This document shows, piece after piece, positions 25,632 through 38,615 of a stretch of 64,000 nt of DNA; positions within the stretch are counted from its first letter, which is position 1, and every line of letters starts with the position of its first letter. The notes under the pieces were generated by a model that was not told where the DNA came from, made no database searches, and worked only from the letters and a program-made list of their open reading frames with translations. The stretch is from Lytechinus pictus (Eukaryota). The translations under genes were made by a program, and so were the position numbers. The stretch lies in the NCBI RefSeq assembly GCF_037042905.1, contig NC_087248.1:5642001-5706000 (forward strand), read 5' to 3'.

Positions 25632-26116
25632 TGTGTTATTGATTATCCTATCAAAGGAATGCTTTTGAATATTGAAATATTATTGTGTGAAATTTTTCAA
25701 ATATGTTCTTATTAAGAACAAGGAAATATAGAGAATTTAATGATAAAGGAGAATTTGTAACCAGTCCCAGCAGCATATCTCATAAAACTTTCTAGCCTGG
25801 GTAAGCACTGAAAACAAACCTCTTTCAGTATTTAACTCCGGGGTAAAGTCTTGAAAGCATACCCCCTTCCAATTTGTGTTATTGATTATCCTATCAAAGG
25901 AATGCTTATGAATAGTGAGATGTTATTATGTGAAATATTTCAAATGTGTTCTTATTAAGAACAAGGAAATATAGAAAATTTAATGATAAAAGGAGAAAGT
26001 GTTACAAGTCCCAGCGGCATATCTCATAAAACTTTGCCCTAGGCAAGCACTGAAAACAAACCCCTTTTAATATTTAACTCCGGGGTAAAGTCTTGAAATC
26101 ATACCCCCTTCCAATT
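25632..26116. repeat. Diverged ~243-bp tandem duplication
   Basis: TGTGTTATTGATTATCCTATCAAAGGAATGC at 25632 and 25875; both copies end CCCCTTCCAATTT. Confidence 0.85.
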
Positions 26117-26337
26117 TCAGGGAATGTAACTTCTTTGTTTGCTCATTGCAACACTGCAGTTTTATTTCCCTCAATATCCCTTTTTGTGCCTTGCTGAAAG
26201 TTGGGCCAGGGCACATGCCTCTTTGACCCCCTAGATTTCCTACTGTGGTCATCTGAACTATTTTAGTCACATTAGTACATTGCTTTTATCCACAAAGTTG
26301 GAAGAGATCTTGAATCACTCATCCTCGCATGTGCCAG

Positions 26338-26506
26338 GAGCCGTTTCATAAAGCTGTTTGTAAGTTGAGAGCGACTTTAAGAACGACTGGTGAACCTTCT
26401 TACGTGCTAAACCATTGCCAATGAACATTATGGTGTATATCATTTTTACTACAAGAAAGGATCACCAGTCGTTCTTAACTTACGAACAGCTTTATGAAAC
26501 ACCAAC
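26338..26506. mobile_element. Short Harbinger-like MITE with CAG TSD
   Basis: GTTTCATAAAGCTGTT...AACAGCTTTATGAAAC inverted repeat; CAG on both flanks. Confidence 0.65.
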
Positions 26507-26612
26507 CAGGATAAATTATCCCCCTCTAATTGAGAAATTCGTATTTTTCGATTAGAAGAATTTGACTAAATAGCAGAACGTAAGAAGAAATGAGAATGAA
26601 CTGAATTGTATC

Positions 26613-29600
26613 CTACCAAAGGGGATGTTTTTTAAACATGCCTTGCCATTTCGTGGACTCTGCTTCATGCATCCGTGTGTTGAGGAATGTCATCTTTACA
26701 TTCAAATCAGTCATACCCTACATAAATAGAAATGAAAATAAAATAAAAGTCATTCATTAATGTTGAACCAGATAGGGTACACCTGTACATTAAATACTGT
26801 CCATTAATTTCAATTTATTTTAATTTAATCACCACAACAAATATATACACAACAATCATAGCACACATTATTACAACATTAAAAATATGGCTTGGACCAC
26901 ATAAAAAAGAGCAAGTTGCTTGTAAACGTATGAAAGGTTCCCTAATGAATGTTTCAATGGGGGGGGGGGGGGAACTATTCATGGGAAAAACACCATTCGT
27001 CTTCTAAACAACAGGTGGTCACTAACTAAAAGCACATTGGATTGAATCTTCCTTGGTCATATATTACACAAGACAATGAATGATAGCTGTTACCAGATTA
27101 GATGGGATTGGAAGTCAAGGGATTCTTGACACCTAGTCTAGATATTCAAAGTTTGCACTTGGAAATAAAATTAGCTTAAAAATCTTTATCAAATTAAACT
27201 GACTACATTTTGTTTTTCATTGAGATTTATTATAGACTGTGAGAAAAGACTCTGTTGAGTCTATGACAAAGATATTAATAAGGATAATATAAAAGTCTGG
27301 ATTACCTTTGCAATGGTGGCTTCCCTTTTAGTTTTCATTTCAGGGACAGCCTGCTCTAACTTGTCAATCTGTAAAAAGAAATATATTGATACATTTAGTT
27401 GATGGTAGTTCAACTAGAAAAGCATGGCTAGGTAAGGGGTGCAGTTGAACATCTAGACAATGCAGATTAAACCAAGAATCATTAAAGGACAAGTCCACCC
27501 CAACACAAAATTGATTTGAATAAAAAGAGAAAAATCCAACGAGCATAACATTGAAAATTTCATCAAATCGGATGTAAAATAAGAAAGTTATGACATTTAA
27601 AGTTTCGCTTAGTTTCACAAAACAGTTATATGCACATCCTGGTTGGTATGCGAATGAGGAGACTGATGACATCATCCACTCACTATTTCTTTTGTATTTT
27701 ATTATATGAAATATTCGAATTTTCTCCTCATTATCAAGTGATTAATTCCTCCCTGAACATGTGGAATTAGCATTGTTTAATACTATATGATTCAGTCAAG
27801 TCGGTCCCTATGGTCAAATCTGTAAAAAATGAAATATTGTATGATTCAAACAATAAAAAAACAAAAGAAATAGTGAGTGATGGACATCATCGACTGAGTC
27901 ATTTGCATGTCACTGAGTTGTGCATATCACTGTTTTGTGAAAATTAAGGGAAACTTTAAAATGCCATAACTTTCTAATTTCACATCCGATTTTGATGAAA
28001 TTTTCAGTGTTAAGCTAGTTTGATTTTTCTCTATTTATTCAAATCAACATTTTGCTGGGGTGGACTTGACCTTTAATAAAAATAATTGCTTCACTGCATA
28101 CTTGCTGAATAGATGGTACTCTTGAAAATCCCATATTAATTAATTAATGAAAAGTACTATACAAAAAAGGGTTAAAACTCTATTAAAAGAAAAGCAATGA
28201 AACTAAAAGTTATGGAATGCCCTTGGACTTGATACTCACTCTCTTAACAATCTGCTGCAACCTTTGCTTGATAATATCATTGTAACCATTTATCTTCACT
28301 GATCGCTTCATGGGCTTAACTGTTTGGAAAACAATACAGAAATTATACTGATGTGTTGAAATAGTAAATTGTTCAAAATTTACTATTTATTAGGCATTCA
28401 CTCATTGAAGGCTGACACACATTCATGTTTTCACTGTTACATACATTACTTACCCACAGAGTTCTGAATAAAATTCCATGCATATTAATAATTTATTAGA
28501 GGATAAGTAGGCTTTTGAAACTTATATTCACTTTTTCTCAATAATTATTTCCAATTTAATTTTTGAATTTCTTTCACATAAAATTTCCAATTTACTGTCA
28601 GCAAAAGTAATGTGATGGAAGAAGTTTGTATTACTCGTCATGGACATGATACAATAACATTAATACTGCAAATTATTCCATATTAATATAGAATAATTGA
28701 AAATTCTGCTATGATGACATACATGTAGACAATCCAGTTTGAAATGAAAATAGGCTTATACCTTGGTCACATTTGCTCTACGGCTGCCGAACGGTGAGTC
28801 GAAAACAGACGTTTTATTAATTTTATATCATTCCACCTATATGTAGCTGGTACAAACAAAATTAAAACTGCTGTTTTCAACTCGCCTACGGTCGCCGTAG
28901 AGCGAATGTGACCGAGGTATTAATAGGCTAAAATAACGATCTGTACACAGATATATACCGTACCACACTACCACTTCAAATGAATAATAGATTTACTAAT
29001 GATATGAATTATAGATTTAACTTATGATAAAAAAGAGATAAAATCAGATCAGATTCATACATACCATTCTGGTAACGTCTTGTGACTTCAAGGACATATG
29101 GTCTGTTGGAGAAAGTGTTAAAAATAGAAAATGTTAGAAAGAAATATAGTGCCAACACACATTCCAGATAAATGAAAAATATTTAAAAACTGTTAACATA
29201 AAAAAATCAAATGAAATTGTATAACACAGTGCATTACTGTCCAGCTAGAGATCATATTTGATTACATGTAAATAATTTTGATTTTCACATGTTATGTGTA
29301 CTGCAATTCCAATAATCTGTATTGATGTAAACCCAAAGTATTCTTTTGGTGCACATGAATTTACAAACATGAAAAGTAAGATACTCACTGAAACTTTGAA
29401 TTTGGTGTGATGAATCCATTAATTGGGATGAGAGAACCACGGTTGTTACGAAGCTGTAAATATAAGAATTTGCCTTGTTATAAAAACTATTAAAGGCACA
29501 CCAAGAGTCCGCTCATATGCTCTCATGTTCATAATTAATTGAAATCTATTGATTGAGATTAACGTTAATGAACCAAAATTGTTACAAATATGTAAAGAAA

Positions 29601-31062
29601 AAAACATCAATCAAATTATTATAAATAATGTAGATGATTGATAGCACTAGGATGAACAAAATTGTTGAATAAAATTACAATTAAAGACTGGAATGGCTCT
29701 CAAACATTAATAGAAATTAATAGACTGAGAGAAATCTGCACCACTTAAAAATATTAATTTCTCTCAAAGCAAAGGCTTCCAAGTAAATCCCAATAACTTG
29801 CTTCACACTATTACACATAAAAATGTAATCACTTATGAAATCTGCATCCATTGTTCTCAGTCTCAATTATACCTCTAAAATAAATGTATTTTGAGAGATT
29901 GTCTAACCATCACATCTTAATGCAGCCCCAGGATGCACTATACATTATAGAGGCACGTAACAAATGCATGAATTAAAGTTGAATTTTGAAAAGATATTTT
30001 CACTTTAATAATCTGAAACCTTTTGAACTTTCTATTATTACCTTCAAAGAAAAATTTTCATCATGATTTCCCTATTTTGAAGAGATGTGGAATGACAAAT
30101 TTGCAACTTAATTTGCAAGAGATTAATAATCTGAAGCCTGATGGACCTTTCTTACCTTCATAACCAAGTTTTCATCTTGTAATGCCAGACTAACCCTGAA
30201 GATATCTTGAATCTCTGGGGTGGGGCTCTCTTGAGGTAAAATCACACACCGTGGAACAGATTTTGATTTGTCTTCTATCTCAGCTATTTAAAAAAAAAGG
30301 TATAAAAGTCGTGAAAAAGAAATATTGAAGTTACTACATGTAGTAACTTGACTTGGCTTAAGCTGAAAATCAACATTTCAGCAGAATTGCATGTCAGTAA
30401 AATGAGGAAACTGAAACACAGTTTGAACCTAAAGTACCATAATTGATAATAAGAACTGAACATTTTGGTCACGACTCATGCATGTGTGTAAAAGAAAAGA
30501 GGCAAAAGCAAAGTCTAATTCTCCTTCATTACTTGACCTTTAACGTCTTCAGTTCTACCAATAGAGTCAATAACATGCCTTCCATAATTAAATCATCAGA
30601 GAGGGATTTTGTCTGCGAATCAGCGATTTTTAGTGTGTGGGTTTTGCCTTTTTTTTTAGCCCTTCCCCTTTTCAATCTCATTTAGATCTATTTCATTATC
30701 TGCTCTCCAATATTTTCCCCACCCCTGCCAAATTCAAATTACAGTCACAACATATCTAGAATGCATTGCATTTCACTGTCATAATTCAGCAACATGACTC
30801 AATATGTGATGACATCAGCCAACATCAAACTGAACGCGTGGGGCTGGCCACATTATGTTACTCAACACTGCAGACGTCTGTCAGTAATTGGGCTCGTCTT
30901 ACATCATTTATCTCACCAAAAATCACTTCCAAAACTTCATCAACAGAATTCAAAATCACTACATAACATTGAGAGTTGAAAAAAATACTCACATGACAAA
31001 TCATTGCGGTGTATGATGACCCAAACACGGTTGAGAGAAGATGCCTTCCTGTCAGTGGCCAT
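26613..31062 (-). CDS. Uncharacterised 182-aa protein resembling the PDE9A N-terminal region plus coiled coil; no catalytic domain
   Basis: Exons (transcript order) 30993-31062, 30156-30283, 29389-29453, 29065-29102, 28240-28319, 27306-27368, 26613-26717; all GT-AG with consistent phases. Protein: MATDRKASSLNRVWVIIHRNDLSSEIEDKSKSVPRCVILPQESPTPEIQDIFRVSLALQDENLVMKLRNNRGSLIPINGFITPNSKFQPYVLEVTRRYQNVKPMKRSVKINGYNDIIKQRLQQIVKRIDKLEQAVPEMKTKREATIAKGMTDLNVKMTFLNTRMHEAESTKWQGMFKKHPLW*. Confidence 0.85.
27486..28072. mobile_element. Kolobok-like MITE family 1, copy 3
   Basis: TTAA at 27482-27485 and 28073-28076; same TIRs as copy 1. Confidence 0.88.
28759..28919. mobile_element. Harbinger/Tourist-like MITE with TTA TSD
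   Basis: TTA|TACCTTGGTCACATTTGCTCTACGGC...GCCGTAGAGCGAATGTGACCGAGGTA|TTA. Confidence 0.75.
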
Positions 31063-33354
31063 AGTTAATGTTTGGATCGCGCTGCTCTGTGTCTCAGTTC
31101 ACCGGTACCAATCTAGTTGCGACTGTACCGGTACTGTGAAACCATAGAGCTATATTAGCTCCATGGTAAAACATATCCCCTATGTTATGTGTGTATAAGT
31201 GGTTTTTGGACTCAATGGTTTTCAGTCGTAAATAATGAAATCGGTTTCATCGAATCAGGGAGGTGGAATTGGAAGGAGAGACATATCAAATTAATTAATT
31301 GAATACGGGAGCGGGATTAAAATAAGAGATATATAGAATTCTTCCTAATTTTATTCGTACTTATATACTGTTTGGTTTAATTTAATTGGCTTAATCGTTT
31401 ATTTTCATTTCTATATCCATTTTCAACATTAATACAAAAATATATATACAAATCAAAATAGCTACGCCTGCAGACAAATATAAACTAAAATAACGAGCCC
31501 AATAACAAATGAGTAATAATTACCCCCAAAAAAACTTCAGTTCTAAAACAAAGAATTTAACATTTTCAAAAGTATATGCATTTGTTGTTGTTCGGGCGAA
31601 ATAGGCATTAAAAAATAATAGAATTAGAAATGAAGAAAGGGGCCAACTAAAATGCGATGCCTGTATAAGGCTGGTCTCTCAAAATCATAAGAAATACTTT
31701 GAGAACGCAAACAAAAATATCAAGGGGTACTCCAGGCTGAAAATGATATTGAACAGATAAAGAAAAATCAGACAGACAGAACACTGCAAGATTCCATCAA
31801 AATCAGACCGTATAGGAATATGCCTAACAACTGAAGCCACTTATGAAATTTTAATGATTTGTATTAGTTCGGTGAAACAGTTCTATGCATGTCTTCGTGA
31901 TCATTCAATGAGCAAACTGATGTTGTCATATTCCCACTTGTTCTTTGTCCGGCCAAGAACGGAATAAACAAAAATGGATTGACAATTGATTCAATGCATT
32001 AGATAATCATTTTCAGATATATTTAGTGTAATGTTGGCCTTGTTGGGTCAATATAGAAGTAAAAGTATCATGGAAGACCAGGGGCATGCAGCCGCAACGC
32101 GCGCGAGGGGGGGGGGGGGATCAGTAAGGACAGGTACGTACTCGAGCATTCTGTTCCCGATTAAAAAAAGAAAGAAAATGCTTAGAATGCCCAGTGTTCA
32201 GGTCGGATATCACAAATTTTCAGCTCGCACTTCGCGCTCACATTATTCGATTGGTGAGATATGTATCATATTCATGAGTCACAATATGCAGTCCTTAACT
32301 TTTTTTTTTGGCTTTGCTCCCCAAACGAAAATACATTCCGCCGCCCCTGTGGAAGACTGACGTGATTCGGTAGCTATGTATTAAAGTAAAAATTTTCAAT
32401 ATTGGTCTATATAGCCAATTATATAAAAATTATGGGAAATTGTTAAACATTATGTTGACAGTATGTTCCTAGAATGGTCTTAAACTCAATTGGGACATAT
32501 TGTATCCCAAATAATATTAATAAAGTTCTGGCAAAAGGAATAGGCCTACAAGAATATACAAATAGAAGATTAATTAAAGACCCATTTACCGATGGCCAGA
32601 AGATGGCCAAAAGGACACTAGTTCCTATTAAAGTTTCTTTCATCACTGGTCAAACAAACATCATCATCATCATCATCGTTTAAAAACACATCAAAATGTC
32701 ATAAAAATATAAGTCAGCTCAGGGCCGGGTACTTGGCAGGGGGGGGGGGGCAGGGCTTAATTTCTAGAATCACAAATTTCTTCAATCTTTCCAAACGCCC
32801 GTTCCACCTCTTAACCTTACTAATCGATAAGAGAAAACCTTGAGGGGATCGGGGATCAACACCCCATGGACCTCTAATACCAATCAATCAATCATTCTCA
32901 CTCGCGAGCGAGCTCCCCAAGCAACAGGTCTTTTACCCCTGTTGTTTGGCGATCGCGTAGCAACAGTAAACGCTCATTGGTTTTACGTGTACCGGTACTG
33001 ACCGCAACCCCGTGCTCTCGCGACTGAAGTAAACAATATTTTTACCTTCATTACATTAGGCAAAATATCACATGAATCATCAAAGGGATCATCCAAATAT
33101 TCTTTTATCTATTGGAAAATATTGGATGCTAAATTGGAACCTGCTATTTTTGTGAGAAAACTTGTGAAATTGTCATTAGTTTACTCGGTTGAAGCCCGGA
33201 AGAGATTTTTCTTTCAGCGGTTCACGATCAGACTTTGAGCCTGGCCTGCCGGCCTAGGTTTTCGTGGGACGCCAAGGTCAGCCTAACGCCCACTGTGCTA
33301 ATGAGATTTTGAGGGTGCTTGGCTTTACTGAAACTTGAAGAAGCAGCCTTGGAC

Positions 33355-36300
33355 ATGGCAGTTCATGTCACAACTGCAGTTGGAAAAGTCGGACGTCGTG
33401 GTATGTAATTTTGTAATTAAACTGATTAAATAGCATAGATCTATCAGTATAATCTAGTCATTATGAATAATGATTGATAGAGCTTTGATCTTTTGTTTTC
33501 TATCTCACAGACACAGAGCCCCAGGCCATGGCCATGCCCCCATGGCTCCCGGGGCCCATGAATTTTCAGCTGCCTGGCAAAAGATGAACATTTTGTCATT
33601 TTATTTTATTTTGATTGCACTAAATACGCCTATTATGAATATTTATGGTACTTTAATGATCCGTTTTGAATTCAAGTCTAAATATAAATAAGTTGTAGCA
33701 GTTGCACATGTAATGTCAATGAGACTCGAGGCCCACTGAGCATTTTTTGTTCTTTAGTGAAGTTGCTCTCTCAGCCCCTCTCTATCGTCCTCGATGAGTA
33801 GAAATTTGGTTTTTGTTTTATGATTATTTTGATAAAGAAAAAAACTCTATTTGTCAAGACTTTAAAATTGAGAATGAGACAGTCAACATAAAAAAACAGA
33901 TATGAAAAAGGCTAAAGCAATAATTATTTGCAATGAAATACCTTTATCAACTTTTCAGTATCAAGTTGATATATTTTCTGATCATATTACTTAGTTCATA
34001 CTTCCAGTTATACAACTTTTTTTAAATCTTTCATCATGCAGAGAGAGAAAGAAGACATTTCAATGAGCGTAGAGGTTATGAAGAGGAAGAAGGAAGAGGA
34101 AGAAGATATATAAACCCAGGCTATGGAGATCAACCTGATTGGCATCCACATGTAACAAAACAAGAGGTCAAATATACAGAGTAAGTAAAAAATATTCTCA
34201 TTATTTTTAGGTAAACTGCATTGTCTGAGCTGAATGAGCTCCCATGACTGGGATATTCTGAAATTAATTCATCTCATGGAGTAGTCCTTAATTTTTTTTA
34301 CCAATAATAGCCAGAATGGAAAGCAAACAATCAAACAGAATGAAATTTCACAATATATAATCAGTCCCATTGTCCTTTTTTTTAATAAATAAGGTGTCAT
34401 TTCCTTTCAAATCTGAATAGCAAATTATCTTTGATAATACCATTTCATTTTTTTTTCTAACCAAAATTGGTGAAATGAATACACCAATATTTCATCTATT
34501 GCTTACACTATTTCATCAATTGATTGATAACTTAGCTAATTTAAATGGGCTCATTCATTTATCTATTCATTTATGTATTCATTTATATATATGCATTTAT
34601 GGAATTCATCATCTATTTGTGCACATAAATCAGATTTATTAAGATATTTTTGCTTTTTATAGACATTTTCATTCACCTATATGTAAATCAATTGTTTTAT
34701 CACTATTGCCCTTTTTAAACCCAACAGCCATGGTCTTGATTGGTCATCTAGAGCAAGATTTATTCCTCCTCCTAAGACTTATACAGGAGAGTATCCAGAG
34801 GAAGTTACATTGCCAAAGTTGCGCTGCTTTCCAGGTAAAAAAACCCCGAAAAACTTGTCATTAATAATCATACACTTTTATAGTCAAGTAGATTTTTGAG
34901 TATAAATGATTCCATATCATAATTTTGTGCAATTTGATGTATGATGTTCCAATTTATACTTCTGATTCTAATTTACCTTTTCACTTTTAGGTGAGGTTAA
35001 GTCATAATAATGTGTTTATATTTTATAATTTTAATTATTTGATGGTATATGGATGCCAGTTTGCTCATTTCAAATAGCACCTAACCTCTTCATTATTTTA
35101 TAGAAATTTTTAAGCACTATACAGAAATGTAGCTTAATTTCTCTGGCTGTTTAATTTAGCAAATCCAATTTATACTTCTGATTCTAATTTACCTTTTCAC
35201 TTTTAGGTGAGGTTAAGTCATAATAATGTGTTTATATTTTATAATTTTAATTATTTGATGGTATATGGATGCCAGTTTGCTCATTTCAAATAGCACCTAA
35301 CCTCTTCATTATTTTATAGAAATTTTTAAGCACTATACAGAAATGTAGCTTAATTTCTCTGGCTGTTTAATTTAGCAAACCAGCCATCACGTGCCCTGTA
35401 ATTCAACTTGGGAACAAAATCTTCCAATTGTCCAATTTAGTTTCAGTTTTTTCACTGGTATCAACTCTTTCAGGTTCCTCTCTATCAAGTCTCATTTTGT
35501 CATTGAGACATTTTGAAAGTGTAAGTTTACTGTATTACTTATTCCTCTTCCCTCCAGGTAAAAATTCTTCTGTGACAACAACGACAGAGTGGACGACATA
35601 CCCTGAAGGCTATCATATAGGAAGGAGATGCAAGTTTGTGAAGAGCGATAAAGCAAAGCACCTAGCCAGTACAACATCAGCAGCAGAAATAACTCATTCT
35701 ATGATGCTAGGCAAGAATAGAAAATGTAAGACTTCAATTAAGTACAGCTATTCAGTTGGAGTGATCTAAATGATCTAAAGCATTGTTGGCAAGAACAATC
35801 CCTTGCTTAATCTATGGTCATTTTTTTTCTTCAATGGGAGAAGTAAAAAAATAAGAGATTTCTAATATATCTTTAAAAAAAATGAGCACATTTTGCAAGG
35901 AGGGGCAGTGCCAGGGTATTTTGATGGGAGAAGGGTGAAGGGGGGGGGGGGGGGGTTAAATTAAAGGTTACATCAATTGTCTTAATTGAATAATCTATCA
36001 TATAGAGTTACTCAACCCATATCACTTTTTTTATTTATTTATGTTGCCTTCTTTCTTCTCCCATTCATGCTTTTTTTCACTTCTTGCAAGATCATAGGCA
36101 GTGGGAATTTCCCTTGTCATTCATTTGTAATTTCAAATGTAAAAAAAGTATAATCAGAGTGTATTCATTTGAAGATCTTGCAATCAACACAGCTAAAAAA
36201 AAAAGATCACTCTTCATTTCCTTTCAAAGAATTGATACTTCATAGCGAATATAGATGTATAACATATATTTAATGTTGGGTTAGTGTACAAGTTTGCATT

Positions 36301-38615
36301 GCGTACATACATTTATGTAATAATAATAATAATAATTGGCATTTATATAGCGCTTTATCAATCTACGACTGTTCAAATATGTAAAACATATTGTCTATTC
36401 ACCATTCATTTTCAGTTTAAATAAGAAGATTTAAAATGTGCATTGAAAACAAAGAGTCTTTAGGGAGACTTCTCCAATCTTATTCACACTTTGTTTCTAT
36501 TTGTTTGTTTCTTCCAGTGAATTCAGTATGGGAGAGAAGAGGTGAGTTTCCTGCTGCTTCTGGTGGTGATAAAAGCTACCAGGCCCCAGAATATTCTCCA
36601 AACTTCCATCATTATGGTTCTACCAGACCAGTCGTAACGTTCGGGTAAGTCTCTATTAGGATTGACATCATTCTATGTAACCTCACTGTTTTAAATGCCG
36701 GAATGTACATATTGCTAAAGGGCGCGGAATGGTTTTGAAAGGGGGGGAAGGCGCTGACCAAGAAAAAACAAACATGATCAGGGGCCTGTAAAACAAAGCT
36801 TAGCAATGATCGTAGAACATTTTTCTACGATTGATTCCATTGGCTACAATGTACAATCAATCGTAGAAATCAAGCGTACGATTAATCGCGAACCTTTGTT
36901 ACGGGACCCTGATGGTCATGTTTTTACATTTTGTACACGGTTTTGAAAAAAAGGGGGGGGGGGGGGGCTGAAGCCTACCCAGCCCCTTCCCCCGTTTCCG
37001 CGGCCCCAGTTGCTAGTTTGATTTAAATGAAATAAATTGTTCTTGTGAAACAATAGATGTAGATTGAGGATGAAGATTTGTAAAGGGTTTATAATATGAA
37101 TTATGCTGACATTCCAATCTTACAAATTCTTTTTTCAATTCCTTGATTCTCTTTTGGAAAATCATAGGTTAGATTTTTTTAGTGCCCTCAGTAATCTTTG
37201 TATTTTTCTTAAAAAGGGCCATTCAGGAACTTATCTTACAAATTTACTGATTGGATATAAAAAAAGTTACGTGCAAAGATAATGTCCTAACATCTTCAGT
37301 CAATGCAATGCTTGAGAAAGTTTAAAAAACAAAAAACATATATTTTACTTTAGTTGGGTACCTGTTGGCTTCGATTGATACACATTAGTCTCTCAGAGCT
37401 AACTAACTGTGGTGTGAAAAGAGTTAACTTATTTACCAACCTTTCTTTTGTTTCCAGTGGTACTATCAAATTAAAACCTGACACATTCGTTCCGCTTCAG
37501 GACCTACCGACAGAATACTGGTGAGTTTTGTTTCCTCAATTCACAATGTCATAGAATCAAATAAATAATCAGGAAGTAGCTTCAACCATTTCAATCACCT
37601 GCGTATGAATATCACTTGTCAAATCTCTCTATTGAAGTCTTTACAGACACTGAGTTTACCCTGTACTGTACTATGTGAAATGTAAATGAAAACAACAACT
37701 GGAAGGGGATGAAACAATTTTCTATGACATATTAAATAGAAAAAAAACATGGATAAAGACATCTAGACTCTTGCCTATAAAAAAAAGTAAAGTAAGAATT
37801 TAAGAGAAAAGGACAGTGTATCAGAATTGTCATCGGATATGTTTAAAGGTCAAGTCCACCCAAGAAAAATATTAATTTGAACAAATAGAGATAAATCAAA
37901 CTAGCATAACACTGAAAATTTCATCAAAATTGGAAGTAAAATAAGAAAGTTATGACATTTTTAAGTTTCGCTTATTTTTCACAAAACAGTGATATGCACA
38001 ACTCAGTGACATGCAAATGAGACAGTCGATGATGTCCCTCACTCACCATTTCTTTTGTTTTATTATTGTTTGAATTATACAATATTTCATTTTTTTTACA
38101 GATTTGACCATAAGGACCAACTTGACCAAACCATATAGTATAAAAAATGCTAATTCCACATGTTCAGGGGGAATTAATCATTGTGTCACTTGACAATGAG
38201 GAGAAAATAGGAATATTTCATACAATAAAATACAAAAGAAATAGTGAGTGGACGATGTCATCAGTCTCCTCATTTGCATACTGATCAGGATGTGCATATA
38301 ACTGTTTTGTGAAATTAAGCAAAACTTTGAAATGTCATAACTTTCTTATTTTACATCCGATTTTGATGAAATTTTCAGCGTTATGCTTATTGGATTTTTC
38401 TCTATTTATTCAAATCAACTTTGTGTTGAGGTGGACTTGTCCTTAAAATATGTGTTCCCTTTGTATTTTATCATTATTATTTTACCCTCTTTTTGTTTTT
38501 CAGTGAGCCTTTCAATATGAAGGAAAGGAGAAGGAAATATGAAACTGAAGTAGATTCTGTTATCAGCCTCAATGACTGGAAACCAGCACCTCAACTCCTA
38601 GCAACGTCCTTCTGA
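33355..38615 (+). CDS. SPATS1: Spermatogenesis-associated serine-rich protein 1-like, 253 aa, 7 exons
   Basis: Exons 33355-33400, 34042-34180, 34728-34834, 35558-35725, 36518-36644, 37458-37520, 38504-38615; in frame. YPEEVTLPKL, EWTTYP, YHIGRRC, GDKSYQAPEYSPNFHHYGS, KPDTFVPLQDLP and LNDWKPA align with recalled human SPATS1 YPEEFSLLKL, EWTFYP, YHVGKQC, GDNPYMYPEQSKGFHKAGS, KFDTFIPLEPLP and LDNWQPA. Confidence 0.85.
34948..35379. repeat. 216-bp tandem duplication in SPATS1 intron 3, identical by eye
   Basis: 34948-35163 repeated at 35164-35379. Confidence 0.9.
36782..36908. mobile_element. Short Harbinger-like MITE
   Basis: CAG|GGGCCTGTAAAACAAAG...CTTTGTTACGGGACC|CTG with internal palindrome. 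Confidence 0.6.
37847..38443. mobile_element. Kolobok-like MITE family 1, copy 4
   Basis: TTAA|AGGTCAAGTCCACC...GGTGGACTTGTCCT|TAAA. Confidence 0.85.

Noticed and set aside
21700-26612. Possible PDE catalytic exons downstream of the PDE9-N-like gene
   Set aside because: No H-N-x-x-H or H-D-x-x-H motifs or well-formed exons seen; AT-rich and UTR-like, with a minus-strand AATAAA near 22302.
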